Assembly: GCA_963847705.1 (NCBI GenBank)
Contig: CAWKBC010000032.1
Span: forward strand, 480,009-544,008
Length of the DNA stretch: 64,000 bases
Source of the DNA: an uncultured Pseudomonadota bacterium
GTDB taxonomy: Bacteria; Myxococcota_A; Polyangia; Fen-1088
Reading direction: 5' to 3'
The notes under the pieces are model-generated. The model was not told the origin of the DNA and searched no databases. It worked only from the letters and a program-made list of their open reading frames with translations. Positions 7,670-17,310 of the stretch are shown here, in pieces (the stretch's first letter is position 1; each line of letters begins with the position of its first letter). Position numbers and translations under genes: made by a program.

Positions 7670-10012
7670 GTGCCTCGGTCCTTTACTTGCGTGGGCGTTG
7701 GACTGTGGGTCTTCTTGATTGCGACAATGGCCAGATCCGCCGATCCGGCGGCGGCTGCTCCGACGGAGGCCGAACCGATCGTCGATGCGAAGAACGAGAC
7801 GACCGTCGTCGCGACGACGCCGCTGCACGGTTCGTTGTTGCCCGCCGATCGCGTCGCGGCGAACGTGCAGACCGCGACCGGGAAGGCGATCGACGCCAGC
7901 CACGATCTCGACATCACCCAGTTCATGAACGAATCGCTGGGGAGCGTCACGATCAATCAGGTCCAGGAGAACCCGCTCCAGCCCGACTTTCAATATCGCG
8001 GCTTCACCGCGTCGCCCGTCCTGGGCGCCTCGGAGGGGGTGTCGGTCTTTCTCAACGGCGTTCGCCTGAACGAGCCCTTCGGCGACATCGTGAACTGGGA
8101 TCTCATCCCGCCGGGCGCCATCCGCTCGCTCAACCTGATGCCCGGCTCGAACCCTCTGTTCGGCCTCAACACCCTGGGCGGCGCGCTGTCGATGGAGACC
8201 AAGACCGGCTTTTCCGATCCCGGCGCGGAGGCCGAGGTGTGGGGTGGCTCTTTCGGTCGCGCCGTGGTGGAGGTCGAGGCGGGCGGTCACGGCGAACACT
8301 GGGCCTACTTCGGCGCGGGACGGTTTTTCACCGAAGACGGCTGGCGCGAACACTCGCCGTCGCAGGCGCTGAACGGATTCTTGTCGGCGACCCATCGCAA
8401 CGGCGGCTCCACCCTCGATCTCTCGCTCATGGGCGCGGGCACCGCGATGGCCGGCATCGGCGCCACCCCGGTCCAGCTCCTGGCGGTGGATCGCAACGCG
8501 GTCTTCACCTACCCGGACGAGACCCACAACCGGATGCTCATGGCCATCCTGCGGGGAGACCAGGCGCTCTCGCCGACCAGTCGTCTGTCTGCGACCGCCT
8601 ACTTCCGCCTGAGCCGCACGCTGACCGCCAACGGCGATCAGGGCGAGTGGGGGCAGTGCATGGCGCCCAGCCCGACGACCGCTGTCTGCGCCGACGACAT
8701 GACGACCGTCATCCTCGATCCGAACGGGAACCCCGTCCCCTACGACCCCAACAATCCTTACGACGGTTCGGACAACACCACTTACACGCGCCAGATCGGG
8801 TTCGGGGGGAGCCTGCAGGGGAGCTTCGAGGCGCCCCTGGCCCACCACGAGAACCATCTCTTCGTGGGCGCCAGCGTCGACGAAGGGGAGATCCGCTTCA
8901 GATCGCAGACCGTTCTGGCCCAGCTGAATGACACCCGGGGCACGGTCGACACCGACTTCGTCGATCCGACGTCGCTGGTGTCGGTCGACGGGACGGTGAC
9001 GACCCTGGGGGTCTTCGCCAGCGACACGTTCGCGCTGCTGAAAGACCTGTTTCTCACCGTGTCGGGGCGGTTCAACGATTCGGCGCAATCGCTTCAGGAT
9101 CAGCTGGGAGGCGAGCTCAGCGGCGACAATCACTACCATCGGCTCAACCCCGCCGTCGGGCTCTCCTACCAGCCGCGCCCGGAGCTCGGCGTCTACGGCA
9201 GCTACAGCGAATCGGCGCGCGCGCCCACGCCGATGGAGCTGACCTGCGCCAGCCCCACCGACCCCTGCCGGCTGCCCAACGAGTTCGTGGCCGACCCGCC
9301 GCTCGAGCAGGTGGTGGCCCGCACCTTCGAGGCCGGCGTCCGCGGTCACTTCGGACGCGGGCGCGCGTTCGTCGACTACGCGCTCTCGGCATTCCACACC
9401 GCCAACAGCAACGACATCCTCTTCGTCAGCTCGGGTCCGCTCACCAACGAGGGCTACTTCTCGAACGTGGGCGACACGCTCCGGCAGGGGATCGAGGCGC
9501 GGCTCCATGGCCGCCTGCGCCTGAGCGCGCGCGGCGGGCGGCTGGAGTGGTCGGCCAATTACACCTACCTCGACGCCACCTTTCAGACGCCCTTCGTCTC
9601 GCCCAGCGCCAACAACCCGGCGGGTGACAACGGCCAGATCAACGTCGCCGCCGGCGCGCACCTTCCCTCGATCCCGGCTCAGGTCGGCAAGGCCTCGGTC
9701 ACCTGGATCGCCCCCTTCGGTCTGGCGCTCGGGGCCACCGTCATCGGAAACAGCGGTCAATACTATCGCGGCGACGAGGCGAACCTCCTGCCTCAGATCC
9801 CGGGTTACCTGCTGCTGAACCTGCGCGCCGACTACATCTTCGCGCGCTGGCTCTCCGGCTTCGTCAAGGTCGACAACGTCTTCAACGCCGACTACGCGAG
9901 CTTCGGCGTCCTCGGCGACGCGACCTCCGTTTTCCCGGGCTACGGAGATCCTCGCTTTCAAGGCCCAGGTGAACCGCGCGCTTTCTGGGCCGGCGTCAAC
10001 GTTCATTACTGA
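7670..10012 (+). CDS. TonB-dependent outer-membrane receptor
   Basis: Signal peptide, TonB-box-like ETTVVAT, plug motifs (YRGF, LNGVR, GSNPLFGLNTLGGAL), barrel end KVDNVFN...PRAFWAGVNVHY. Confidence 0.93.
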   Translation: MPRSFTCVGVGLWVFLIATMARSADPAAAAPTEAEPIVDAKNETTVVATTPLHGSLLPADRVAANVQTATGKAIDASHDLDITQFMNESLGSVTINQVQENPLQPDFQYRGFTASPVLGASEGVSVFLNGVRLNEPFGDIVNWDLIPPGAIRSLNLMPGSNPLFGLNTLGGALSMETKTGFSDPGAEAEVWGGSFGRAVVEVEAGGHGEHWAYFGAGRFFTEDGWREHSPSQALNGFLSATHRNGGSTLDLSLMGAGTAMAGIGATPVQLLAVDRNAVFTYPDETHNRMLMAILRGDQALSPTSRLSATAYFRLSRTLTANGDQGEWGQCMAPSPTTAVCADDMTTVILDPNGNPVPYDPNNPYDGSDNTTYTRQIGFGGSLQGSFEAPLAHHENHLFVGASVDEGEIRFRSQTVLAQLNDTRGTVDTDFVDPTSLVSVDGTVTTLGVFASDTFALLKDLFLTVSGRFNDSAQSLQDQLGGELSGDNHYHRLNPAVGLSYQPRPELGVYGSYSESARAPTPMELTCASPTDPCRLPNEFVADPPLEQVVARTFEAGVRGHFGRGRAFVDYALSAFHTANSNDILFVSSGPLTNEGYFSNVGDTLRQGIEARLHGRLRLSARGGRLEWSANYTYLDATFQTPFVSPSANNPAGDNGQINVAAGAHLPSIPAQVGKASVTWIAPFGLALGATVIGNSGQYYRGDEANLLPQIPGYLLLNLRADYIFARWLSGFVKVDNVFNADYASFGVLGDATSVFPGYGDPRFQGPGEPRAFWAGVNVHY

Positions 10013-10134
10013 GTCTCGACAAACTGGTCTCTCGACGATCCAAGTTGGCCGAACTGTGACCGCGTTGCCAGCGCGCCCGGCGTCCTTACCTTCATGCCGC
10101 GTTACACGCTTCAACGCTTGCAGGGGGGACACTG

Positions 10135-10932
10135 ATGGAGACTCGAACGCGAAGGTATCGCTCGATTGTGCCCGCGATGTGCGGCGCCGCGCTCATGGCC
10201 GCTCTGGGCGCCCAGTCGATCGCGCAGGCCAAGGGGCCGGCGGTCAAGAACGTGCTGCTCGTCCATGGCGCCTGGGCCGACGGATCGAGCTGGTCGAAGA
10301 TCATTCCGCTGCTCGAGGCCAAGGGTCTGCACGTGGTGGCGGTGCAGAACCCGCTCACCTCGCTGGCCGACGACGTCGCCGCCGTGAAGCGGGCGATCGC
10401 CCTGCAGGATGGTCCCGTGTTGCTGGTGGGCCACTCCTACGGGGGCACCGTCATCACCGAGGCGGGCAACGATCCCAAGGTCGTCGGTCTCGTCTTCGTC
10501 GCGGCGTTCGCCCCGCCGGCGGGCCAGTCGTCGCTTTCGATCGGTAAGCCCTACCCACCGCCGCCGCTGCTGGGCGAGCTGCGGCCAGACGCGACCGGGT
10601 TCCTGACCGTCACTCCGAAGGGGGTGGCCGAGGACTTCGGCCAGGACCTGACCGACAGCGAGAAGCGGTTGATCACGGTTGTCCAGGGCCAGACTTCGGG
10701 CCCCGCGGCCCTGGGAGGGGTCGTCACCACGGCCGCCTGGAAGACCAAGCCGAGCTGGTTCGTTGTCTCCGCGAACGACCGCGCCATCCCGCCCGAGCTG
10801 GAGAAGGCCGAGGCCGCCGCGATGAAGGCCACGGTCATCACCCTCCCCTCGAGCCATCTGGCCATGCTCTCTCACCCGCAGGAGGTCGCCGGGCTGATCT
10901 TGCAAGCGGTGGAGACGTTGGGGGCCAAGTAA
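10135..10932 (+). CDS. Secreted alpha/beta hydrolase
   Basis: Signal peptide (AQA), LVHGAWADG, nucleophile GHSYG, catalytic D/H region (NDRAI, SSHL). Confidence 0.9.
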   Translation: METRTRRYRSIVPAMCGAALMAALGAQSIAQAKGPAVKNVLLVHGAWADGSSWSKIIPLLEAKGLHVVAVQNPLTSLADDVAAVKRAIALQDGPVLLVGHSYGGTVITEAGNDPKVVGLVFVAAFAPPAGQSSLSIGKPYPPPPLLGELRPDATGFLTVTPKGVAEDFGQDLTDSEKRLITVVQGQTSGPAALGGVVTTAAWKTKPSWFVVSANDRAIPPELEKAEAAAMKATVITLPSSHLAMLSHPQEVAGLILQAVETLGAK

Positions 10933-10983
10933 GAGCCGAGGAGGACCAGAGAGCCGAACCTCGTCGATCGGTCGGCGGGCGTC

Positions 10984-11976
10984 CTAGGCGCTGATGCGGA
11001 CCGCCAGGTCGAGCAGCTTGCTGGCGTAGCCCCACTCGTTGTCGTACCAGGCGATCAGCTTCACGAAGGTCGGGTCGAGCTGGAGGCCCGCCTTGGCGTC
11101 GAAGACGGAGGTGCACGATTCGCCCCGCATGTCCGTCGACACGATCTCCTCCTCGGTGTACCCGAGGACGCCTTTGAGAGCCCCTTCCGAGGCCCGCTTC
11201 ATCGCCCCGCAGATCTCACGGTAGCTGGCCTCGTGAATGAGCTCACACGTCAAATCGACGACCGACACGTCCGACGTCGGGACGCGGAACGACATTCCGG
11301 TCAATTTCCCCTTCAGCGCCGGGAGCACCCGGGTGACCGCCTCCGCCGCCCCGGTCGAGGACGGGATGATGTTCTCCAGGATTCCGCGCCCGAAGCGCCA
11401 GTCCTTGCCGGAGACGCCATCGACGACCTTTTGCGTCGCCGTGGTGGCGTGGACGGTGGTCATGAGGCCGCGCTTGATCCCGAAGGCGTCATCCAGCACC
11501 TTGGCCAGGGGCGCCAGACAGTTGGTGGTGCACGACGCCGCCGAGATGATCGGCTCGCCCGCGTAGCGCTCGGTGTTCACGCCGTAGACGAAGATCGGCG
11601 TGTCGTCCTTGGAGGGGGCCGACATGATGACCCGCCTGGCCCCCGCCCGCAGATGAGCCTCGGTCTTCTCCTTGGTCAGGAAGATCCCGGTCGACTCGAT
11701 CACCACGTCGACGCCCAGATCGCCCCAGGCCGAGGCCGCCGGGTCCTTCACGGCGGTCGCGCGGACCGGCCGACCGTCGACCAGGAGAGAACCGTCCCTG
11801 ACCCCCAGCTCGTGCCGGAAGCGGCCGTGAACCGAGTCGTGCTTGAGGAGATAGGCCAGGTGCGGAAGCTCGAGGAGATCGTTGACCGCCACGATCTCGA
11901 CGTCGTCGCGCCCCATCGCCGCCCGGAAGGCCACCCGGCCGATGCGCCCAAACCCGTTGATGCCGATCTTGATCAT
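10984..11976 (-). CDS. gap: Type I glyceraldehyde-3-phosphate dehydrogenase
   Basis: [31 protein letters not shown]. Confidence 0.97.
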   Translation of the reverse strand: MIKIGINGFGRIGRVAFRAAMGRDDVEIVAVNDLLELPHLAYLLKHDSVHGRFRHELGVRDGSLLVDGRPVRATAVKDPAASAWGDLGVDVVIESTGIFLTKEKTEAHLRAGARRVIMSAPSKDDTPIFVYGVNTERYAGEPIISAASCTTNCLAPLAKVLDDAFGIKRGLMTTVHATTATQKVVDGVSGKDWRFGRGILENIIPSSTGAAEAVTRVLPALKGKLTGMSFRVPTSDVSVVDLTCELIHEASYREICGAMKRASEGALKGVLGYTEEEIVSTDMRGESCTSVFDAKAGLQLDPTFVKLIAWYDNEWGYASKLLDLAVRISA

Positions 11977-12058
11977 GTCCTAGCGATAGCCCGCGGGGCC
12001 TTGGGCCGAAAGGACAATGATGTTGCGTTTCAGGCCAACGGCGGCCAACCTTCTGATC

Positions 12059-13042
12059 GTGCGTCGCCGGGCACAACGGGTCTGGTTTCTCGTCGCGTCC
12101 GGCACCGGCGTGCTGGACCTGGCCGGTCCGTGGGAGGTGCTGGGGCACGCGAACGACATGCTCGGGCGGGTGGCGTATGACCTCGAGGTGGTCGGACCAC
12201 GCGGGCCGACCGTGCGGACGCGGTACGGCCTGGTCGTCGGCGGCGTTCGCCCCCTCGCCCGAAGTGGCGAGCGCCTCCCGGACATCGCCATCGTGGCGGG
12301 AGGGTCACCGCGGCTTCCCCTGCCGGATGGCGAGGCCCACCTCGTCGCCTGGCTGCGTCGGCATCACCGGCGCATCCCCTCGGTCATCTCGATCTGCACC
12401 GGGGCCTTCGTCCTGGGGGAAGCGGGGCTCCTCGACCGCCGCCGGGCCACGACGCACTGGCTCCATCTCGCCGACCTCCGAACCCGGTTTCCCGCGGCCC
12501 GCGTGGTCGACGAGGGGATCTTCGTGCGGGACGGCGGCGTCTGGACCTCGGGGGGTCTCACCGCGGGGATCGATCTGACGCTCGCGCTGGTCGAGGCGGA
12601 TCACGGGCACGCCGTGGCGATGGCCGTCGCCAAGAGGCTGGTGCTGTTCCTGCGGCGCTCGGGGAACCAGGCGCAGTTCAGCTCCGCGTTGCAACGGCAG
12701 GAGAAAGAGCCGCCCAAGCTGCGCGACATCTCGACCTTCGTCCTCGAGCACGTCGACGAGCCGCTGCCCGTGAACCGGATCGCGGCAGGGATCGGGATGA
12801 GCCCCCGCACGCTCAGCCGCTGGTGTCGGGCGCACCTCGACGAATCGCCCGCCGAGCTGGTGCGCCGCCTCCGGATCGACGAGGCCCGGCGGCTCCTCGA
12901 GGAGACTCCGCTTCCTTTGAAGGACATCACGGCGCGCACCGGCTTCGGCGATGCGAGCACGATGTGGCGCGCCTTCACGCAGCGTCTCGGCGTCACGCCG
13001 GCCGCCTACCGCCAGCGCTTCTCGGCCGCGGCGACGCGCTGA
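12059..13042 (+). CDS. GlxA-family (DJ-1/PfpI + AraC HTH) transcriptional regulator; start uncertain (12017/12020/12059)
   Basis: SICTGAFVL, ATTHW, WTSGG, RRSGNQAQFS, AraC HTH GVTPAAYR. Confidence 0.92.
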   Translation: MRRRAQRVWFLVASGTGVLDLAGPWEVLGHANDMLGRVAYDLEVVGPRGPTVRTRYGLVVGGVRPLARSGERLPDIAIVAGGSPRLPLPDGEAHLVAWLRRHHRRIPSVISICTGAFVLGEAGLLDRRRATTHWLHLADLRTRFPAARVVDEGIFVRDGGVWTSGGLTAGIDLTLALVEADHGHAVAMAVAKRLVLFLRRSGNQAQFSSALQRQEKEPPKLRDISTFVLEHVDEPLPVNRIAAGIGMSPRTLSRWCRAHLDESPAELVRRLRIDEARRLLEETPLPLKDITARTGFGDASTMWRAFTQRLGVTPAAYRQRFSAAATR

Positions 13043-13109
13043 GGACCACAATTCGAAGCCTGGATGGTGGACAGACGTTGAACCGCCCCCATGTTCCTTT
13101 TCAGTCATT

Positions 13110-14222
13110 GTGCCGATACCCTCCGACAGCCGACGGTCGCATCCGAGTTGCCGGTCGAGCGCCCTCCTCGCCGCAGCGTTGATGGGGGGCCTCTCCTGCG
13201 CGCACCATCCGCCGGCCCCCGCGAAGAGCCCGGAGGCCCCAGCGACGCGTGACCCCGCGCCCGGGGCCCGCACCGAGGCGGAGCGGACCCACGTGCTGGA
13301 GGCAGAGTGGAGCGAGGTGGAGGTCAAGGGGCGAAAGGAGGGCGATGCGGTCGTCTCCGCGATCAAGCTGGTGCAGCCCAATATCAGGATCTTTCATGCC
13401 GCCCCGCCGCCCGAAGAGGCCAACGCGGCTCAAAAGAAGAACGAACATCCCGCCCCGCCGGGCGAGGTGGTCGATCTGAACGAGCTGCTGCACAAGATCA
13501 CGCCGCTCGAGGTCGATCACATCGACATCCTCGACGGTCAGGTCGCGTTCGTGGACACCAGCCGCCAGGAGCGACCGGAGCTCTGGCTGCACGACCTGCA
13601 ACTGTCGGTCGAGAACCTCACCAACCGGGTCCGCCTCACCGAAGGCCGGCCGGTCCTCCTCACCGCCAGCGCGACGCTCGCGCGCAGCGGCGCGCTCTCG
13701 ATCCTGATCACCGCCGATCCCTTCGAGAAAGGCCTGACCTTCTCGGGGCGGGCCGCCATCGTCGGCCTCGAAACGTCAGAGCTCTATCGCTTCATCAAAC
13801 CGGCGACCAAGCTCCAGGCTCCCCAAGGGACCATCGACATCTTCGTCGAGTTCGACTGCCGCAATGGCCAGCTGACCGGCGGCGTGAAGCCGGTGCTGAA
13901 GAACGTCAAGATTCGCCCCGACGACAAGGGCTTCTTCACCGCAATCAAGGCCTGGGCGACCGACGTGGCGATCAAGCTGTTCTCCGATCGGGTCAAGGAC
14001 CGCAACGCCGTCGCCACCGTCATTCCGATCAAGGGGACGCTCACGGGCCCCGACGTCGACCTCTGGCCGGCGATCTTCGGGGTCCTGCGCAACGCCTTCG
14101 TGGAAGGGCTCACCTCGGGATACGCCTATCTACCCCCCAAAACCGGCGAGGCGCCCCCCGCCCCGGGCGCACAGCCCTCACCGTCCGAGAGCCACAGCAC
14201 CTCGCCCCCGGCGGCCCCATGA
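13110..14222 (+). CDS. DUF748-like (AsmA-related) lipoprotein; start uncertain
   Basis: Lipobox GGLSC; ILDGQVAFVD..LWLHDLQLSVENL..GTIDIFVEF..GGVKP..LRNAFVEGL pattern. Confidence 0.7.
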   Translation: MPIPSDSRRSHPSCRSSALLAAALMGGLSCAHHPPAPAKSPEAPATRDPAPGARTEAERTHVLEAEWSEVEVKGRKEGDAVVSAIKLVQPNIRIFHAAPPPEEANAAQKKNEHPAPPGEVVDLNELLHKITPLEVDHIDILDGQVAFVDTSRQERPELWLHDLQLSVENLTNRVRLTEGRPVLLTASATLARSGALSILITADPFEKGLTFSGRAAIVGLETSELYRFIKPATKLQAPQGTIDIFVEFDCRNGQLTGGVKPVLKNVKIRPDDKGFFTAIKAWATDVAIKLFSDRVKDRNAVATVIPIKGTLTGPDVDLWPAIFGVLRNAFVEGLTSGYAYLPPKTGEAPPAPGAQPSPSESHSTSPPAAP

Positions 14223-14725
14223 CCAACCCACGCCTCTTCCATCTCACCCAGATCATGACCCTGGGCGTCGGGCTGAGCTTCGGAAGCGGCTGCGCGCACA
14301 CGCACGCAACGCCTCCGCCTCCGGCCGCGGTTCCCCCGACCAAACCCGAACGCGAACAGGCGGTCCAGACGGGACTGCCGATCTCCAGCACCTCGCACGG
14401 CATCCTGCAGGACGGCGCCGAGCTGAAGATCCAGCGGCGGCTGCAGGAAAAGGGGTTCCTCGACGGCCAGCAGGCGGACGGCCAGCTCGATCCCCCGACC
14501 CGCGCGGCGCTGCGCAAGTTCCAGAAGCAGGAGGGGCTCCCTCCCACCGGCTTGCCGAGCTACGAGACGGTTCGCCACCTCCACCTCGACCTCGATGCGA
14601 TCTTTCAGACGGTGAGCCACCCGCGCGAACGACCGGCATCCTCGTCCAGGCCGCCTCCGGGCGGCACGTCGTCGGGTACGCAACCCCCTTCTCACTGCGA
14701 ATCGGGGCCGGTCGTTCCATCCTGA
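14219..14725 (+). CDS. Lipoprotein with peptidoglycan-binding domain
   Basis: ATGA overlap with upstream gene; lipobox FGSGC; IQRRLQEKGF..DGQLDPPTRAALRKFQKQEGLPPTG. Confidence 0.85.
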   Translation: MTNPRLFHLTQIMTLGVGLSFGSGCAHTHATPPPPAAVPPTKPEREQAVQTGLPISSTSHGILQDGAELKIQRRLQEKGFLDGQQADGQLDPPTRAALRKFQKQEGLPPTGLPSYETVRHLHLDLDAIFQTVSHPRERPASSSRPPPGGTSSGTQPPSHCESGPVVPS

Positions 14726-14759
14726 CCAGCTGACGGGACGTTTCGCCGCGGGCCGCGCG

Positions 14760-17219
14760 TCAGCGTGGGGGCGCGCCCGGCTTGGGCGGGGCGACGGTCA
14801 CCACCTTGCCGTTCTTCCAGCGCACGTCGCCGATGAACTGTGGATCGCCGACGGTCCCCGCCACCTTGGCGTCGGCGCTGACCCTGCCGCCGAGCGCTTC
14901 GACCTTGTCGTTGAAGCGCGCCAGCCAGGCGACATCGAAGTCCTTGGCCACGACCTTGCCGTGCACGGGGAGCTTCTTGGCGTCGATCCCCTCGGTGACC
15001 GCCGGATAGGCCAGATTGACCCGGGTGGCGGCGTCGACGTGCAGCTCGCCGCCGTGCGCGGAGGCGAAATCGACGTCGCCGTGAGCCGCCTGATCTTCAT
15101 AGCTCAGATGAATGCTGGCGTGGCCCACATCGACGGGGTTCGCTCCTTCGCTGGCGCGGGTGGGGCGCTCGACCGACAGGTCGCGGCCGTTGACGGTCAG
15201 GACGACCTTCGGATCCGCTGCGCTGCCGGTGACCCGCAGCCGCGCCGTCATTCGGCCTGCGAGCTGCGGCTTCATCCCCGAGCCCTGGAGCGCCTCGGCC
15301 AGATCGAGCCGCTCGACGGCGAGGCGCAGATTGAGAGCGTCACCCGCCAGCGGGTCGACCGGCAGGTGAAAGTCGCCGTTCAGCTCCGTGAAGGGCGCGC
15401 GGACCTCGAGGGTGCCGTCGATCTGCTGGTCGGCCAGCGTGGCCTCGACCGAGGCTCCAATCTTGGAGAAGGTCCGCAAGCGCCCCTCGGCCAGCCCCAT
15501 CCGGACGACGACCTTGGGAGCGTTCACCTGGCCTTCGGCCGTGACGTCGAGGTCGACCGTCCCCCCCAGGTTGAGGTCTCGGGGGACGAGCAGCGTCGGC
15601 AGGAGGTCGAGGCGCAGCCCTGTCAGCGCGACGTGCGCGTCGACGCGCTCGTCGTCCTTGACGCCGTGGACGTCCAGCCGCTGCTCCTGCGCGTGAAGGC
15701 GCAGGCCCGAGAGGGCGACTTCCTGCCCTTCGAAGCGGAGGTGGGCCGTCCCTTCCGAGGTCCACTCCACCTTGGGATAGGAGAGCGAGAGCTGGGAGAG
15801 CGCCAACCCCTGCCGATCGCTGTCGACCTGCCCCTCCAACGCCACGCGGATCGGCTCGGGCGACGCCAGACTGGCAGAGAACGCGATCGTTTGCTGGCGC
15901 ACCTTGGCGTCGAGCTCGATCTTGCCCAGCCTGGTGGCTCCGGCGACCGCTGCCCCCACCGCGACGGTCAGATCGACCTCGCCGGGAATCCTGGCCAGCT
16001 GCCCTGCGTGACCGTCGATCGAGAGATCGGTGATGGTGTTCTCCGCGAACCGCAGATGATTGAAGAGCCCCTTGCCGCTGGCACTCCAGCTCGCAGGCGC
16101 ACCGGCCAGCGGTCCCTCGACCGTCAGTCGGAGATCGCCGTGGCCCGCCAGTGACGGCACCGCCGCCGTCGTCAGGACCTGGACCGCCTTGCCCGTTCGT
16201 GCCAGGTCTTCGAGCGCGAGTCGGGTCTCGAGCTTGAAGACGTCCGTGCCGCCCCCCTTGGCGGTCAGCTGCAGGCCGGGGATGGCGACCGAAAGGTCCA
16301 GCTTGGGGATGGCGCCTGGGCGCGCCTGGCCGTCGACCTGCAGCGGGCCCCAGGCATAGCCCCCGAGCTCGGTTCGCGGAATGGCGATCGCGATCAGCGC
16401 GTCGGCGGCTTCGAGGCGTTCGCTGTCGACGTCCCCGTGCGCCTTGACCGTCCCGCCCAGCAGCTGGCCGTCGAGCGCGAGGTGGGTCTGGGTCCCGCGG
16501 ACGCGCGCCTCGGCCTCGATCGCCAGCGGCCCGACGGGGGCGAGGACGCTCCGGCCCGCGAGCCGAACGACGAGGTCGGTCGACCCGTTGCCAGTGGCGT
16601 ACCGGAGACTGGCGAACGACTGTAGCCCTTCGAGGTGAACGGTCTGCTTGCGCTTCGTGCCGTCAGCCGACGCCACCAGCACGGCGCCCTCGCGCAGGTC
16701 GAAGCGATCGAGGCGAATCACCCATCCCTCCGCGAGGGTCTTGGGCCTGGGCGGGGCTTTGGGGGCGGCCTTCTGTCGTGGGGCGAGGGCCCGCGAGAGG
16801 TTCATCCCTGCCGGATCGAATTCGGCCAACAGGCGCGGCGACTCGATGACCACCGCGCTCAACCGGAGCTCCTTGTGCAGGAGACGCATGATGCGGAAGT
16901 CGACCTCGGTACGCGTCACCTGCGCGACCTGGTTGCCCTCGGGATCGCGCAGGCTCACGTCCCACAGGATGAGGCGATCGCCGCCGAAGGAGAGCCGTCC
17001 GACCCCCAGCTCTCCCTGGATCTGGTGGTTGACGCGCGCCACCAGCTGTCGCCGCAGGCGCTCGCCGCCCCAACGGGTCTGCAAGACCAGCATCACGGCG
17101 CCGAGGGAGAAGGCCACCACGGCCGCCATCGCCCCGGCGACGCGCAACGAAATGACGCCTGCCCGCCTGAGACGGGCGTGGTTCTGTTCGCGTTCTTGAG
17201 TCACCGGGCTCCTTTGCAT
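14760..17219 (-). CDS. TamB/AsmA-like inner-membrane-anchored beta-groove protein (short, no obvious DUF490 end)
   Basis: N-terminal TM then LQTRWG..LVARVN, repeated amphipathic beta segments, GSAADPKV and GTVGDPQFIG motifs. Confidence 0.7.
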   Translation of the reverse strand: MQRSPVTQEREQNHARLRRAGVISLRVAGAMAAVVAFSLGAVMLVLQTRWGGERLRRQLVARVNHQIQGELGVGRLSFGGDRLILWDVSLRDPEGNQVAQVTRTEVDFRIMRLLHKELRLSAVVIESPRLLAEFDPAGMNLSRALAPRQKAAPKAPPRPKTLAEGWVIRLDRFDLREGAVLVASADGTKRKQTVHLEGLQSFASLRYATGNGSTDLVVRLAGRSVLAPVGPLAIEAEARVRGTQTHLALDGQLLGGTVKAHGDVDSERLEAADALIAIAIPRTELGGYAWGPLQVDGQARPGAIPKLDLSVAIPGLQLTAKGGGTDVFKLETRLALEDLARTGKAVQVLTTAAVPSLAGHGDLRLTVEGPLAGAPASWSASGKGLFNHLRFAENTITDLSIDGHAGQLARIPGEVDLTVAVGAAVAGATRLGKIELDAKVRQQTIAFSASLASPEPIRVALEGQVDSDRQGLALSQLSLSYPKVEWTSEGTAHLRFEGQEVALSGLRLHAQEQRLDVHGVKDDERVDAHVALTGLRLDLLPTLLVPRDLNLGGTVDLDVTAEGQVNAPKVVVRMGLAEGRLRTFSKIGASVEATLADQQIDGTLEVRAPFTELNGDFHLPVDPLAGDALNLRLAVERLDLAEALQGSGMKPQLAGRMTARLRVTGSAADPKVVLTVNGRDLSVERPTRASEGANPVDVGHASIHLSYEDQAAHGDVDFASAHGGELHVDAATRVNLAYPAVTEGIDAKKLPVHGKVVAKDFDVAWLARFNDKVEALGGRVSADAKVAGTVGDPQFIGDVRWKNGKVVTVAPPKPGAPPR

Positions 17220-17310
17220 GCGGCAATGCCGGTAAACCTAAGCATTCACGGCGAAGGAATCGGTGATTGCCTGACCCATCGACCAAACGAGGCCCTACGT
17301 TGACGGCTTC

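Noticed and set aside
7670-10012. Calling the TonB receptor btuB of the riboswitch operon
   Set aside because: Opposite strand, separated by rsgA and its terminator, so not under the riboswitch; motifs do not look BtuB-like to me
10984-11976. gap as part of a gapdh-arsJ arsenate resistance module
   Set aside because: No ArsJ-like MFS transporter or ars genes nearby
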